Shown here piece after piece: positions 32,300-46,400 of a stretch of DNA of 64,000 bases. Position 1 is the first letter of the stretch, and the number at the start of each line of letters is the position of its first letter. The translations under genes and the position numbers were made by a program. The notes under the pieces are model-generated. The model did no database searches. It was not told the DNA's origin and saw only the letters and a list, made by a program, of their open reading frames with translations. Source of the stretch: Takakia lepidozioides (taxonomy: Eukaryota > Plantae > Bryophyta); NCBI GenBank assembly GCA_030704615.1, contig CM060733.1:18476001-18540000 (forward strand), read 5' to 3'.

Positions 32300-35200
32300 A
32301 CGGCTCTCATTTTTAAATAATTGGGAGTTTAAGGCTCACGTGTGAGCCAGGCAGCGGGCCCCATGCACGGATGTTGGGCGCCCCCACGACTATCCGACGG
32401 GTCTGGGTTTGCTCAGGTTGGGTCTGTTCAGGGTCTGCTGGCAGGTCGGGTCTGCTCGCGGGGCTGAATGGTCTGCTCGTCGCGCCGCAGCCCGCCCACA
32501 GGACTCAGTTCTGGGAGCCCTCCATTCTGTCGGCCTACTTCTGTTTTGACTTCATTGGGGTCTTCACGTCTGTCCAAAAAGATTGTCGATCACACCTCAG
32601 AACTGTGTGCACCACCTCAGTCAATAGCAACTCAATGATTCCATGGTGCTCAGAAATTGAGTGCGGTGGCGCACTCAGTTCTGGGTGACCACTCCACTAT
32701 CTCTTGGACCTAAACTGTGAACATCACCTTCCTCTTTCCCTAATGCCCAAGCGATCGCCTAGCATCCATTAGAAATGAGTGCGCCATCGCACTCAGTTTC
32801 CCCGTGTCCCTCTCAGGCTTCCATTGCAGATCTTGTTGCCTCTAAGACTTACGTATTCACCTCGGCCCACAATGGAAGTGATAGAGATCCCCTCAAAACT
32901 GAGTGCGGTGCCGCACCCAATTTTCAGGGGATCTCTCGTATCCTGTCTATGCACTTGGTATGACAGTCAAGCAAGATTCATGCAGATTGGGAGAAGGATC
33001 ACCTTGGGTTTCATGACACCACTCACTACAGGAAAACGGGGGGGTTTCGACATCGCGGCGTCGTAAAACAGCCCTTTTCGGGCAGGGGGGAAAACCCAAA
33101 TTTGCGACGCCCGGGCATCGCAAGGGCGTCGCCAAAAAAACGTCGCAAATTTGGTCGCAAATTTGCGAAACCGCGATTTGCGACGCACGGGCGTCGGATA
33201 AATTAAAAAAAAAATTAAAATTAAAACCCTACTCTGCAATGCAAAATTAGCACCGTCCGGGACTTTGCGACCCCCGGACGTCACAATTTCAGGGCATTTG
33301 AATTTAGGCGGGAAAATTTGAATTTCAAAAACTTGTTGACCATTGACTCCGGCGTTGATCATTGACTCCAGTTCTGTTTAATGACGATATGTTCATTGTT
33401 CTACATATATCATGCAATGCATACTTGAACCTAAGACCTCCACGTTATAACATTTCTAAGACACTACAAACTAACCAACACACCTACGCTACATCTATGT
33501 ATAACAAAAGCAATCTAAATATATATATATACACATATAAAGAATTCCGTCAAGAGCCTTCAAGTTTCTTCTAAGGGGATCTCTCTTGTGACGCCGGGGA
33601 GTTGCAACCTCCATAGCCTTAGTGCCCAGCCCCAGCCCCAGCCCCAGCATCGTCGCCGTTGTTGCACCCCCCAACTGCCAGGCGCCCCAAGCGACGTCCT
33701 TATGATGACCTAAGCTGACCACAACACCATTGCGACCCCCTGTGGCGACGCCGTTGCGACCCCCTGGCGTCGCAACGTTGGGCGTCCCAGCGCGGGGCGC
33801 CCCTAGCGACGTTTTTGTGAAGTTGAGGGCCGCAAAGCCCAAAAAAAAAAAAAAACTCCCACTATGGTGATGATGTTGCGATGCCCTGGCGCCGCAAAGG
33901 CGCTGGGGTGCCCTTAGTGACGCTTTTGCGACGCCGAGGAGTTGCAACGTCCAAATTATTATTTTTATTATTTTTATTATTTTTATTAATTAATTAATTT
34001 ATTTTTTGGATTTCCGATGCCGGGGCATCGCAAGAAAAAAAAATCCGTCGCAACGATGGCCCTCTTTCCCCCTTCATGCCACCTTACGACGGCTGGGCGT
34101 CGTAATGGTGTCGCAGCGGGGGATTGTGACGCCAGGGCGTCGCAAAAAAGAGTCGCGGGCTCGGTTGGCGTCGCAACCCCCCCCCCCCCATTTGCTGTAG
34201 TGACTTCCCGATGCCTCTTTTTGCTGCGTCCTCACCGCTTTCTTTGGTGTCGCTTCTTTCTCACCGACGGTGGTGTCGTTGTCCATGTCATGCACAATGG
34301 TCTCCGGGGCAGTCTCCTTCCCTTCCCTTCTTCCCTCCATTTGAGGTTGGACCTCCTTTGTCATCTGTTGTGAATCCTGGGTGGACGTATCCTGTGCAAC
34401 CTGCTCATCAGCGTTTTGCAGATTGCGCAACTTTCTCATTCTGACTCGCGCGTTTTTCCTCTCTTTCGCACTCATGAAGTAAAAGGACTGTCTTCCACGT
34501 CTTCTTCCTATGTCTTCTCTCTCACTCCCGCAGCTCTCCAACTTGACTAACAACAATAGAGAAAGTAAGGAACCCTCTTAAGCCGTCAATTATGCATGTG
34601 GTTAAAGACGTGCGTGTCTACCTTCTAACCCCCCAAATGGATCGCTCTCAGTGGCTGCGGTTTATTGGGCGCCCCTATTGCCATCAATAAGGTCGTTTTC
34701 TTCAAATGTGGATGTTTGGTGATTTGGATGAAATATTGCGCACATGAGACATGTCATCGCCCTATCATACACGGATTTTGCCTTCTTCGAAAAGAAAACA
34801 TACATAACATCAAGAACGCCATGTCCGCGTTCATCCGACGTCGGATATTTCCCGGGTTCGGCACTCAATGCACTGTCCGGATTCACGTTGTGGAACGCCG
34901 TAAAACGCACATTGGATTGCCATATCCAAGACGGCGCCGTCTTTTCCCGGTGGTGTGACACTGACAAAATAAACACTTTTGTTCTCTTCTCCATCAATTT
35001 AGCAACTGCCCAACTGTTCTGGCGGTGTGGTTCAATACCCTTAACCGTTATTGGTTGATGTGTGGGGCCAATTGTACAACTGCCTCTTGCCTTAGCAAAC
35101 ACTTTTGGGATGTGGCAATCGCCTCCGGAAGGTTTTTACTTGTCCATGTCGCACAGTTGTATTGGTACTCACCATCGTATCTTCACCACATGGCTTCTCC

Positions 35201-38200
35201 TAATGACGTGGCCTTCGCCGAGTTTCAGTATACTGAAGAACCTTGCCCTTTCAGTGCCGCGGTTGAAGATGATGGTTTTGCTGTGGTGGAGGAGCATGTT
35301 CTGGCAGCAAGGTTCAAAGCTTGACATTGGCTGTGTTTTTGTCGAAAACGAGAAAGAGATTTATGACTTGGAGGGAAACGTTGAAAGAACGTTGTTCCAG
35401 AAACCGCATGTTGCACAGAAACACAAGGAATGGAGAGTTCTTCCTGGAAAATATCGTGTGTTCCGAAGTGAAAAGAGACAATCCGGTGGCTCCATTGTGA
35501 CTCCTGGGACAGCTGCCTCTGTCGTTCAAGGAAAGCGGCATGTGACTGTGAAGCAGGTGGACACCACTTCAACGACTTTTGTCACACTGTCGGATTCCTC
35601 GGATGATGAATTTGCGGAAATACTGGCTCCATGAACCGTCTTCCTGAAGGGGACGTCGATGGTCAGGAAATCGTTAGCGTCATCCCACATCTTAAAGCAT
35701 TATCAGGAAAACCAGGATCCAAAAACGAGATCGCGGGGATACTGTGGGATTCATTCACAACAAAAAGGGTTCCATTCCTTCCACCTTCCTTCGACGGTGA
35801 CATCATCTTTGAACTGAATCCACCAACTTGTGTTGGGGGTCTCACATGTCTCTTGCAAGGAATGGATAAAAAGCATGACGGGCATCCATGGTGCAGAACC
35901 AAAACGTCCAATATCCACAACAATGTAAACTTGAAATTCAGAAGGAGCGTTTGTGTAGAGATGTGTGAATGGAAGTTGCCTGCGTTTCATGAAAAGCGGT
36001 GCTAAAAATGAGAGTGAGTGGGAAGAACTCTTTGACAATCCTTTTATCCCAGGCTGTGCCCCACCATCTGCCTGTACATTTGTTTGTAAGTTCTGCAAGG
36101 TGGCCCCCTCCTGCATTGCACATTGTCATGCTCGCATGTACTACGTTACTCACCGTTGCAAAACCATGACTCGAGCCTACATTCATTTTGGGACTCACGA
36201 CCATCCTGTGTCTCACGGCGATTGTAGAGATAGTGTGGAGTTGGCACGTGGGCTTGTCGCGGAGGAGTTCGCAAAGTCCCCTTCAGCCAAACCATCTGCC
36301 ATAGCGCTGACTGCCAACAAAAGTTTCCTGGAGAGGCACATTCTGGGGCAAGGAACTGAATCCAGCTCAAGACTTGAGGGGGCATCTTTGGATGCAGTGA
36401 TGGATCACCTCTCCGTGTTGAGCTCCCCCAATATTAGGAATTAGGTGAATGCATTGAGAGTGCGCGGTGGAAACACAGGGTCCATCGACGGCATTATGGA
36501 GCTCAAGCGAATAAGTCAATATGACTTTATCCAATCTAGCGTCTTCCTAGGTCAGAGGTCTTCAAAGGTTTACTTGTTCAAGATTTCTACGGTGGGCGAG
36601 GGCAGTGGCGTCAGCCTGGCCAGACGTATGCAACCAGGGGGGGATGTGGACAAACCTAGATGATGTTCGATCATTGCAAATGATTGAAGGGTTGGACAAC
36701 CATGTCTTGCCATGTTTACGACCCGAACTACCAAAGAATAATGACAATTGTCATCTGTGACATGTAGTCTGAAGATACAGAGTCCCAAATGATAATGTGG
36801 AATTGTTTGCTTTCAGTCATGGAGTCCAATGGACATACAGGCATAAATTTCAAAGGGTTTATGGCGGATAGTGCACAGGCTAACTTCAACGCTGTGCGCG
36901 AGTTTTTGGATCTGGTGATCCAAAGGTACCTATGCCTAATAGGGAGCGCACATGTCTATTCCACTGGACTCAGTCCTTGCAGAAACATACGAAGAGGTGC
37001 ATCAGAAGAGATCTGCAGGCGGAGCACATGAGGCTCTGCTTCATGTATAAAAATGCGACTACAATGGAAGAGGCTGAGACCAGGTACCAGACAGTGAGAG
37101 CATGGTGGTTCTCATCAGGGGCTACTGATCAGGACGGTGTCAAAGAATTGGAAGACTGGTTGGTCTTCTGGCACTTCAGATACCGGCAATGGGGGGCTTT
37201 CATGACTACTGTAAGCTGCCTTTCACCTCTGCAATCCCTTGTATGTGCCCAGTTTCTTTCATTGTTCCCAGAACGGTCCGTGCTTGCATGAATGACGCTC
37301 TTTCATTTTTCTTTCACATGACATGTCCCTTGAGGACATTGCGGATATATTGTCCTGCAACCTGGCAGAAAGCGTTCACGCCGCCTGGAAGCAACAATCT
37401 GGCTAAGCAAGAAGAGATCTGTACATTGCTACAACAAATGATCTGGTACGAGCTCTAACCCAACAAACAAGATATCGTGACTTCCTCAGGGGGCGATATG
37501 GGGGCAGGGGGCGATATACAGTAGAGTTGATGCTGAGGGCTGCAAGAAGGTCCGGGGATCCAACGAAGATGGCAAAGGCAGTGAACAAGTGCACAATGGG
37601 CTCGCCTCTCCAATCAAGGGAGCCCCATCTGGAAGGAGCGGAAAGGTTCGGGACTTGCAAACGCAAGCTAAATACACCTCCAGGATTAGATGGGGATTCA
37701 CATCGCCATGACAGAGACAACTTCTCTGTACCCAAGATTTCTCCACTACAAAGTATGGCGTCCAGTAGGAAAGAGGCTGCTGGTGCATCCTCTTCCACAG
37801 AGACCTGTCCTCTACCTGCAACCCTTGTAATTGCGGGTTTCTAGCAGGACCACAGGGGGGCAGTGCAGGAGTCACCTTGTGCTGACTCCGAATGGCACAT
37901 CGAGCGAACTACTCCAGGGTCTAGAGTTGGTTGCGCTGCAGTGAGGGCCATTAGTTATGAAAAGTATAAGTCCAGGATAGCCAAAGGCTCGGCGGGTACT
38001 CCAGCTCCGACGTTCACAGGTTTGATTCGGCCATATATGTCGAAGGAGTCGAAGACGCACAAATTCTGGTTCTGCCCGGACGATATGGCTCGTTGTGTGA
38101 ATGGTACCATCCGCGACTCCTGCATTGCTAAGCCTCCCCCACCCACCATTTGGCCAGTGCGGGTTGGAACCTCCCTAACAGCACTGGAGATTGGCAAGTT

Positions 38201-38231
38201 GGAGGACGTCGTCTTTCGTCTGCACCGAGGA
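32300..38231 (+). mobile_element. Large Mutator-like DNA element, interrupted by a CACTA element and truncated at the LINE
   Basis: Terminus resembles 50590-50870; contains a transposase pseudogene. Confidence 0.55.
33024..34202. mobile_element. Non-autonomous CACTA (En/Spm) element
   Basis: CACTACAGGAAA...TTTGCTGTAGTG termini, 3-bp TSD ACT on both sides, GTCGCAA/TTGCGAC subterminal repeats. Confidence 0.95.
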
Positions 38232-38234
38232 TGA
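35189..38234 (+). pseudogene. Transposase with a GCM/WRKY-like zinc finger and a MULE-like DDE core
   Basis: DGHPW..RRSVC..CxNxxC..CKFC..CHAR..HFGTHDHP; MFDH, FMADSAQAN, TCLFHW (CxxH); many stops and frameshifts. Confidence 0.75.
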
Positions 38235-40491
38235 GGAAATCACCCTTATATCAAACCAACTGGCATTGGCAGGAAGGTGATCTTCCTTTGGACAGGTTAA
38301 AAAACCATTGCTTTGTACATGAAAGGAAATGCCACGAAGCTGCTCTCCCACCAAGGCAGTCACATACATAGCTTTAGGGCCAGTGTTGGATTGAAATCTT
38401 CTCCATCTTGGAAAAAAAAAGCCTTGATTATCTGCAAGAAGGTCAAGCCACCTTTGTGGGAGACTCCCCATAATTGTCTGCCAGCCAGAAGCCACTGTTC
38501 TGGCAGAAAATCCATTTGTTGCCATCTCGGGGAGGATAGGTATATTCGCATTCACATCCCAGAAATGCATCAGATGGGATAGGCCAGCGTGTTCCTAGTG
38601 CGACCACCTCTGAGAGCAAGTGACAAGGTCTTTGGAATCCCTATTATAATTACCAAAGAGCTGCTGCCGAATCGCCTCCTCAAAGGTTGATGGCATGGAT
38701 TGGAATAAGTAATTTCTCATCTTGCACCAAGCAGTCCAAATTGTCTGCCATGCTGTAGATCCAATTCCCGGATTCACGTTTAATTTCCCCCCATGTACAA
38801 TCCATTTGAGGGAGGAAGGCCATAGAGAACTTGTTTTAGGGATAGCCGCAACGACGTGGTGTCTTACCAGCCTGCTCCACGGGCTCTGAAAATTCGTAAA
38901 GATTCGAGGAACCCATTTTGCCAGAAGGGCAATGATCTGAGATCGGGGATCAATCACCCCTAGCATCTGCCCCATCCTCCAGCCATTTCAGGCCCAGATT
39001 TCCTCCCCAAGGGCCACAATGAACTGCAGCAGAGCCTTGTGGGATGATACTCAGCAACCCCACTGATTTCTCCCAGTTTATCTTTAATCCAGAAGCCTCA
39101 CAGAAACAGGTAAGAGATTGCAGGGTAGCATTAACGTTGTCTAGGGAACTGTTGTCAATATAAAAGGAAGTGTCATCAGCGTAGAGAGAGGATCTAATTG
39201 AGGAGGAAGGGTCCAAGGCAGGAGAGTGAGGGATACGAAGACCTATAGAGTCATTTCTCTTGTCCATAAGATGACCTAGACCGTCAGCAACAATAAGGAA
39301 CAAGAAGGGGGCTAAAGGACATCCTTGGCATACAGATTTGAAAAGAGGGAAGGATTTGGACAAGGCCCCGTTAACCATTACTCTACTGGAGGCAGAATTT
39401 AGGAGAATACCAATCCAAGAACGGAAGTTGCCAACTATACCCAAAGCTTCGAGAGTACCCAACAAATACTCTCAGTTTATATTGTCGAAGGCCTTTTGGA
39501 AGTCCAACATGAGCAAAGCCAAGGGCTGGTGAGCAGACTACGCAGTGTATAGAGCCTCATTCACCAGCAGAATATCATCAAGTATCATCCTATTTTGTAG
39601 GAAGCCGGATTGCTCTGGCCTGATGAGCCTCGGCAGCAGGGGTTGAAGTCTCAATGCCAATGCCTTCGCCAAGATCTTGTATGTGGAGTTCAAAAGAGTA
39701 ATGGGTCTGTAGTTAGAAAGGTTGTCGTTGTTTCCTTTCTTATACACCAGCGTTATGACACCTTGCGCAATTTGCGAGGGCATTATCCCTTTGAGGAGGA
39801 TGTCGTTGGCCATGCTTAAAAAGTCATCTCCGATGCAATCCCACATAGCTTTGAAAAACTCCACAGGTAATCCATCAAGTCCGGGGGTCTTCATAGAGCT
39901 CAGGGACTCTGTTGCTTGTAATAACTCCATATTTGTGAATGGCTTAGACAGTTCTGTCTGATCTGCCTCAGAGAGAAGAGAAGGGAAGGAACCAAGCACC
40001 TCGGCTCTAGAGCTGTCAATGCGAGTTTCTTGGGTTCTGGAAAAGAGATTTGAGAAGTAGGAGGCCGCTTCCTCCGCCATTTTCTTTGGTTTTGCTATCA
40101 CCTCCCTGATAGAGCTGGAGATAAAACTGATTTGCGTTGCTTCTCTCCTCTGTTTGGTTTTGAGGAAGAAGTAAGCGTTCATTTTTTCGCCCTTCATTGA
40201 CCAGTTTACCCCTGCCCTCACTCTCATGAAGTTCTCCACTTCAGCAGAAATGGCCTTTAGGTGTCTCTTTACAGTAAGGTAAGAGTCCATTGTGACCTCA
40301 TCAGATCTACCATTCTCTAGCTTCCTTTGACAGTGTTTCAAGCATTTTTCCAGCGCCTTTTGTCTTCTAGTCCTTTCCGATGCGAGGGCTTGTGAGAGAG
40401 TCTGCACCTTAGCTCTAGTGACCATGAGCTTGTGAAGGAAGGAAGCTGTTGGTGATGAGAAGACATTACCAGCCTTAAGCCAGACTTGTTT
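38232..40491 (-). mobile_element. L1/Tx1-type LINE ORF2 (RT region), decayed
   Basis: KTPGLDG, NYRPITLLN, LDFQKAFD, QGCPLAP, YADD, SGLKINWEKS. Confidence 0.95.
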
Positions 40492-43400
40492 TGTCGCGAC
40501 CCTTTGCCTTGAGGGCAAGGGGTCGGGACACATGAGGGGCTGCCCCTGTGGTGGGGGCAGTGGCAGCGATAGGTATGGGGGGGCTGAAGCACCCTTGAGT
40601 GCCCAAGGCACTCAAGGAGGCGGAGGCGCTCACTAGGTGGAGCCCCGCACACCGGGTTGCGGTGGGGGTGGCTCCACAAGGGGTGGTGGTAGCTTAGCGG
40701 GACTTAGTGGGGGTGGCATAGGACTCACCATGGGGGCGGAGACCTCGTGGTGGGAGTCGTGGGGAGTCTTGGGACTCATCACGGTCCATAGGGGCCGTGG
40801 TGAGTGGGCCAAGACTCACCGCGACTCATCACCGGGAGTCGAGGGTTTTCGTGGTGGTTCGCCATAAAATGGCATGGCTGGTTGTGAAACCCCCGCGGAC
40901 AGCTACAGAAGTATATATAAGGGGAGTAGTGACCCTGAGAACGGTGCAAGCCCGTTGGTGACCAAAAACTAGTGAGTAAGCGAGCGAGCCGGAAAGCGAC
41001 CAAAGAGTGGCGAGCTCTTCCGGACTGCCATCTACCAAGGGAATTCCACCAGGCCCAAATAGGTGGAGGGTTTAGTGGGAGAGCGAAGGGGGACCGTTAT
41101 GTCCCGGTGAGCAGCCGAAGCTCCAAGTTAGCCCGGGGCCAGGTTGGGAGTCAGGCGCGCGCATCAAAGCGAGTAACTATGACTTGAAGGGGAGCTTACC
41201 GAAGTGAGGTGCGCGACATTTGGTATCAGAGCTTAGAGTTCAGTACGCGATCATCCTTGGGATTGGCCTAATCATGGGGTCGGACAAGCCAAAGCGAAAG
41301 CGGAACGGCCCAAAAGATGATGATCCTGGTGAGCCCGATGGGGGCGACGTGTCACCAAAGCGGCCATTTGAGGAAGCGATGCAGGTTTCTGAAAATGAGG
41401 CTGCTCAAGAGCGGGAGGAGTCGGAGCCCGAGGAATCCTTGAGAGCTCCGACAGACCAACAGATGCCTCCCATGCCGGCAGCTTTTTGGGAAGGGTTGTT
41501 GGCGCAGTTTGGCGGGACGTTGAAAGACGTGTTGAAGGCGGCTAATGCCACTTCCGCTAAGGCAAAGTTTAAGGTGAAGCCTAAGGAACCCAACACCTTC
41601 GAGGGCGTCCGAAATCGGAAGGCACTCAACACCTGGCTCTTGGAGCTAGAGCAGTACTTCCGGGCGGCCAAGTTAAGTGACGAGGATCGGGTGGAAGTGG
41701 CTCCCACCTATTTGAGGGGCTATGCTCAACAATGGTGGCAGAAACGCCTTCACGACCGAGGTACAAGTCCGGAAACCTTGAACTGGAGTGGGTTCAAGGA
41801 ATTGATGAAGCGACAGTTTGTGCCCCTCAACGCGTCCTAGCTTGCCCGGGACAAGATGAGGAATTTGAAGCAAACAGATGACGTTCGGGGATATGTCCAG
41901 GCTTTCAATGTGCTGTTGCTCGAAGTCGCCGATATGACGGAATCAGAAATGGTCTTCAACTTTGTGGCGGGGTTGGCCCCATGGGCCAGGCGGAAGTTGG
42001 AGGAGAAGCCACCTAAGACTTTGAACGAGGCAATTGAGAGGGCTGAATGTTTCTCAGATGTCCCTAGGGGTGAAAGACAAGGCCGTACGGAGCTGAACCA
42101 CAAGAAGACCCGGCGGGAAGGTGACTCTTTCCGACCGGAAAAGAAGTGGGATAGGCCACGCGGCGACAACGGCATGTGGAAATCGAAGGGAGGGCCATCA
42201 CAAGTCAAGGCGGCACCCGGTGCTTCGAAAGGAAAAGCGGGTGGAGCGACCTATGGCGGACAGAAGGCAACCTTTGATGGAGTGTGTTTCAATTGTGGGG
42301 AGCCCGGGCACATGGCCAAGAAGTGCACGAAACCCCGGAAATTGAACATGACTCGGGCGACCACAGAGCTGTCGGAAGATACCATCAGTCGCTTGGTGGA
42401 AGCGGTGGTCGCCAGGACTTGCAAGGTAGGCAAATATTCTTGTGAGTTGTATCAGGAAACTGGCACATTGTGTAAAGGGAGTCACTTATTGTTCGTGGAT
42501 GGGATAATATCCGGAACTAATGTTTCATTGTTGGTGGACACAGGAGCGTCACACTCCTTCATGACACCGGCAACGGCACAAAAGCTGGGACTCCCGACAA
42601 CTGACATAGGGGCCTCTATTGAGGTGCGTTCTGCCAAAGGAGAACCGCAATTGGCGACGAGGTTGGCGTTCGATGTTCCTCTTCAACTGGGGAGTTGGGA
42701 GGGACGTGAGAACTTCACTGTCTGCGAGATCGATGGAGTGGATCTCATTTTGGGGATGACCTTTTTGAGCAAATCCAGAGTGGTCATAGATGGCCGCAAG
42801 AGGGTAGTCACACTGCCATGTTGGAATGGTGGCGAGGTCTTACGAGTTTCGGAAACGCCCAAACCCGTGGGAGGACGAATAAACCTTCTGTCAACAAGGG
42901 AGTGGGCCGTGGAGGAGGCACACGAGCCCCAGTTTTTGCTCTACATTAGAGAAGTGAAGGGAGAAGGCGATGGAGAGCCGAGCCCAGATTGGATCAAGGG
43001 GATTTTGGAGAAATACCATGATGTGATGCCGGAGGATTTGCCAAGCGGTTTGCCGCCGCGACGAGGAGTTGACCACAAGATTGAGGTGATACCGGGATCG
43101 GAACCGCCTGCCAAGGCGCCCTACCGGTTGAGCCACAGAGAGTTGGTCAAGCTGAAGACTCAGCTCAAGGATCTAATGTCAAAGGGGTACATCCGGCCGA
43201 GTAAGTCACCCTACGGAGCCCCGGTGCTATTTGTAGACAAGAAGGATGGGACGCTGCGGATGTGTGTCGATTACAGGACTCTGAATAAGGTGACTATCAT
43301 AAACCGGTACCCTTTGCCAAGGATCGACGACCTTTTCGATCGGTTGGCAGGAGCGAAGTATTTCAGCCGGATCGGTCTGCGCTCCGGCTATCATCAAATT

Positions 43401-46400
43401 CGAGTGGCAGAAAGAGATGAGGAGAAGACCGCGTGCAGGACAAGGAATGGTTCATATGAGTTCTTGGTGATGCCTTTTGGGCTCACCAATGCACCAGCGA
43501 CATTTAGCACGTTGATGAACAGCCTTTTCCAGGAGTGGTTGGATGACTTTGTGATAGTGTACATCGACAACATCTTGGTGTACTCGAAAACAAAGAAGGA
43601 GCACCTGGAGCACCTCAAAAGGGTGTTCCAGAATTTGCGGGAAGGGAAGCTGTATGCCAAAGCTTCAAAGTGCGAATTCGGGGTCACAAAAGTGGAGTTC
43701 TTGGGGCATGTGGTTACACAGGATGGGATCAGAATGGATGACAGGAAGGTGAGGGCCATCTTGGACTGGGAGCCTCCGACTTCGGTCCCGGGAGTACGAT
43801 CCTTCCTAGGACTCACCTCCTATTACCGGAAGTATGTGAGAAATTTCGCCAAGATTGCGGGGCCGCTGTCAGACCTTCTGTGTAAATCTAAAGTCTGGGC
43901 ATGGAACACCTTTTGTGGCCAAACTTTTGCTGAATTGAAGCAGCGGATGGCGGAAGCTCCAGTCTTGAAAATCCCGGAGTTCGATCGTCCGTTCAAGATA
44001 CATACAGATGCGTCGGACTTCGCGATTGGGGGTGTACTGATGCAAGATGGACGTCCAGTGGCTTACGAAAGTAAGAAACTGAACGAAGTGGAGCGACGGT
44101 GGCCGACGCACGAGAAAGAGATGAAGGCGATGGTGCACTGTCTTGAGCTTTGGTGCCACTATGTTGGTTCCAACCCAGTGAAGGTGTTCACGGACAATGT
44201 CACGGTGAAGTATTTTGCCACGCAGCCCAAGTTGTCCTCAAAACAACTTAGGTGGCAAGATATTTTGGCAGTGTTCGACGTGGATATCCAGTACAAACCG
44301 GGACGAGACAACGTGGTTGCCGATGCTTTAAATAGAAAGCAGCAACTCTTGTTGGTGTACAAGGGCGAGACGGCGCTCCAAAGGAAGATCCGAAAGGCTT
44401 GCCGGAAGGATGAGCTGGCGAAGTCCGTGATGCAGGACTTGAGGATGGGGGTTAAATCGCAGTTCCACTTGCAAAATGGACTGCTCCGGTAGAAGCAAAA
44501 GCGTCTCTACGTGCCAAAAGGAGGGATCAGAGATAGCCTCTTGAGAGAATGCCATGATAGCCCGCTTGCGGGCCACAGCGGAGCCAAGCGCACTGCGGCA
44601 TTCTTGAAGAAAGAGTATTTCTGGCCCAAACTGAGGGAGGAGGCAGAGGAGTATGTCAAGACATGCACCACATGCCAACAAAACCGGAGCGAGTACAAAA
44701 AGCAAGCGGGGCTGTTACAACCCTTGCCGATTCCAGAGGGGACTTGGGAAAGCGTCTCGATGGATTTCATGATTGCTATGCCGCTGTCAAAAGGATTCGA
44801 TGCAATCATGGTGGTGGTGGATAGGTTCAGTATAATGGGCCATTTCATCCCCTCCAAGGAGACGGCAACGGCGCAGGAGACAGAGCGACTTTACTTCGCC
44901 CACGTCTTAAAGCATCATGGAGTCCCGAAGGATATTGTCTCGGACCGCGATCCAAAGTTTACGAGTAAATTTTGGAGGGCACTTTGGAAGAAGATGGGGA
45001 CGAGGCTGAAGATGAGCACCGCCTTCCGACCTATGACCGACGGCCAAACAGAAAGAGTGAATTCCGTAGTGAAGCAGATCTTGCGGAATTACGTGTCGGC
45101 AGACCAAACAGACTGGGTGGAACACTTAGACGCGGCAGAGTTCTGTTATAATAACACAGAACACTCCGCAACGGGAGTTTCCCCTTTCGTATTGGTCTAT
45201 GGAAAAGCACCTCTGGTGCCAACAAGTTGGGCCGCCCAGGACGTTGAGGAACCGGCAGTAGCGGCGGTACTGGAAGAACGCGAGCGTTTGTTGAAGCTCG
45301 CAAAGTACAACATTGCCAAAGCTAGGAAACGGTATGAAAGGCAGACGAATCAGAAGCGGAGGGAGGTGAAGTTTGAGGCAGGCACGGAGGTCTGGTTGAA
45401 CATCAAGAATTTCCGACTACCTCCGAAAGTGAGTCCGAAGTTCGTACCTCCGAATGCGGGATCCTTTCGCATTCGGAAGGTTATGAATGAGGATGTGTAT
45501 GAATTGGAGCTGCTGGCAAACAGCAAGGTGCACCCAGTATTCCATGTCTCCCTTTTGAAGCCTTACTTCAAAGATGAAGCGCGTCCGAATCGGCATCAAG
45601 TGTTGCGTCCGCCACCTATGCTGTTGGATCATGAAAATGAACTTGAGTACGAGGTGGAGGCAATATTTAAGTCGAGGAGGTTCAAGAACCGAGAAACGGA
45701 GTATCTCGTCAAATGGAAGGGCTATCATTATGTGGAGGCATCTTGGGTGCGTGCCTCAGAAATGGGAAACGCATCCGAGGCGGTTGCAGCTTTCGAAGGG
45801 CGACCTCAAAAGTGGAAGAAGCGTTGATGGGGGACATCAACCTTGGAGCGTGGGGGAGGAAATGCATGCTTAGCCCGGCTTAGCTAGCTTAGGAATCCGA
45901 TTGCAAAAACTATTGTACAAAACGTGCTATAAATGAAATGGCTTCCAAATGTTGTGCGTCCTATTTTGTTTGGAATGGTGATGCACGGTATGGTTGGCTA
46001 GTGTGTAGAACGCATGCTAGCTTATAAAAGTGGGAGAGGTAAATTGGGTTAATCGTGTGTTTGCGTAGTGCCGAAATCGGGTGACCCCCATCCAAGGGAC
46101 AAGGAAACTTGCGCCTTTTTTGGGAGTTCACGTGCTAGTGCACACCTAGCGCGTGCGCATACTATAACTGCGCTACCGAGGGGGTTACCTTGTAGTGCGG
46201 GCTAACGCGGAAGCTACGTGCTTCCGTTCACGTACTATAATCGTGTAGCCTCGGGACGAAGTCGTAGTGCGGCTTCGGCGTGTTCCCGTACCTCAGGCCA
46301 GCATTCCAAGGCGGACCCAATTGTAGTGATTGGGGCGCACGGTTGGTTCAAGGTTATCTTCCTAGTCAAAGAGGGTTCCAGGTGAACCCTTGCTCAAGGT

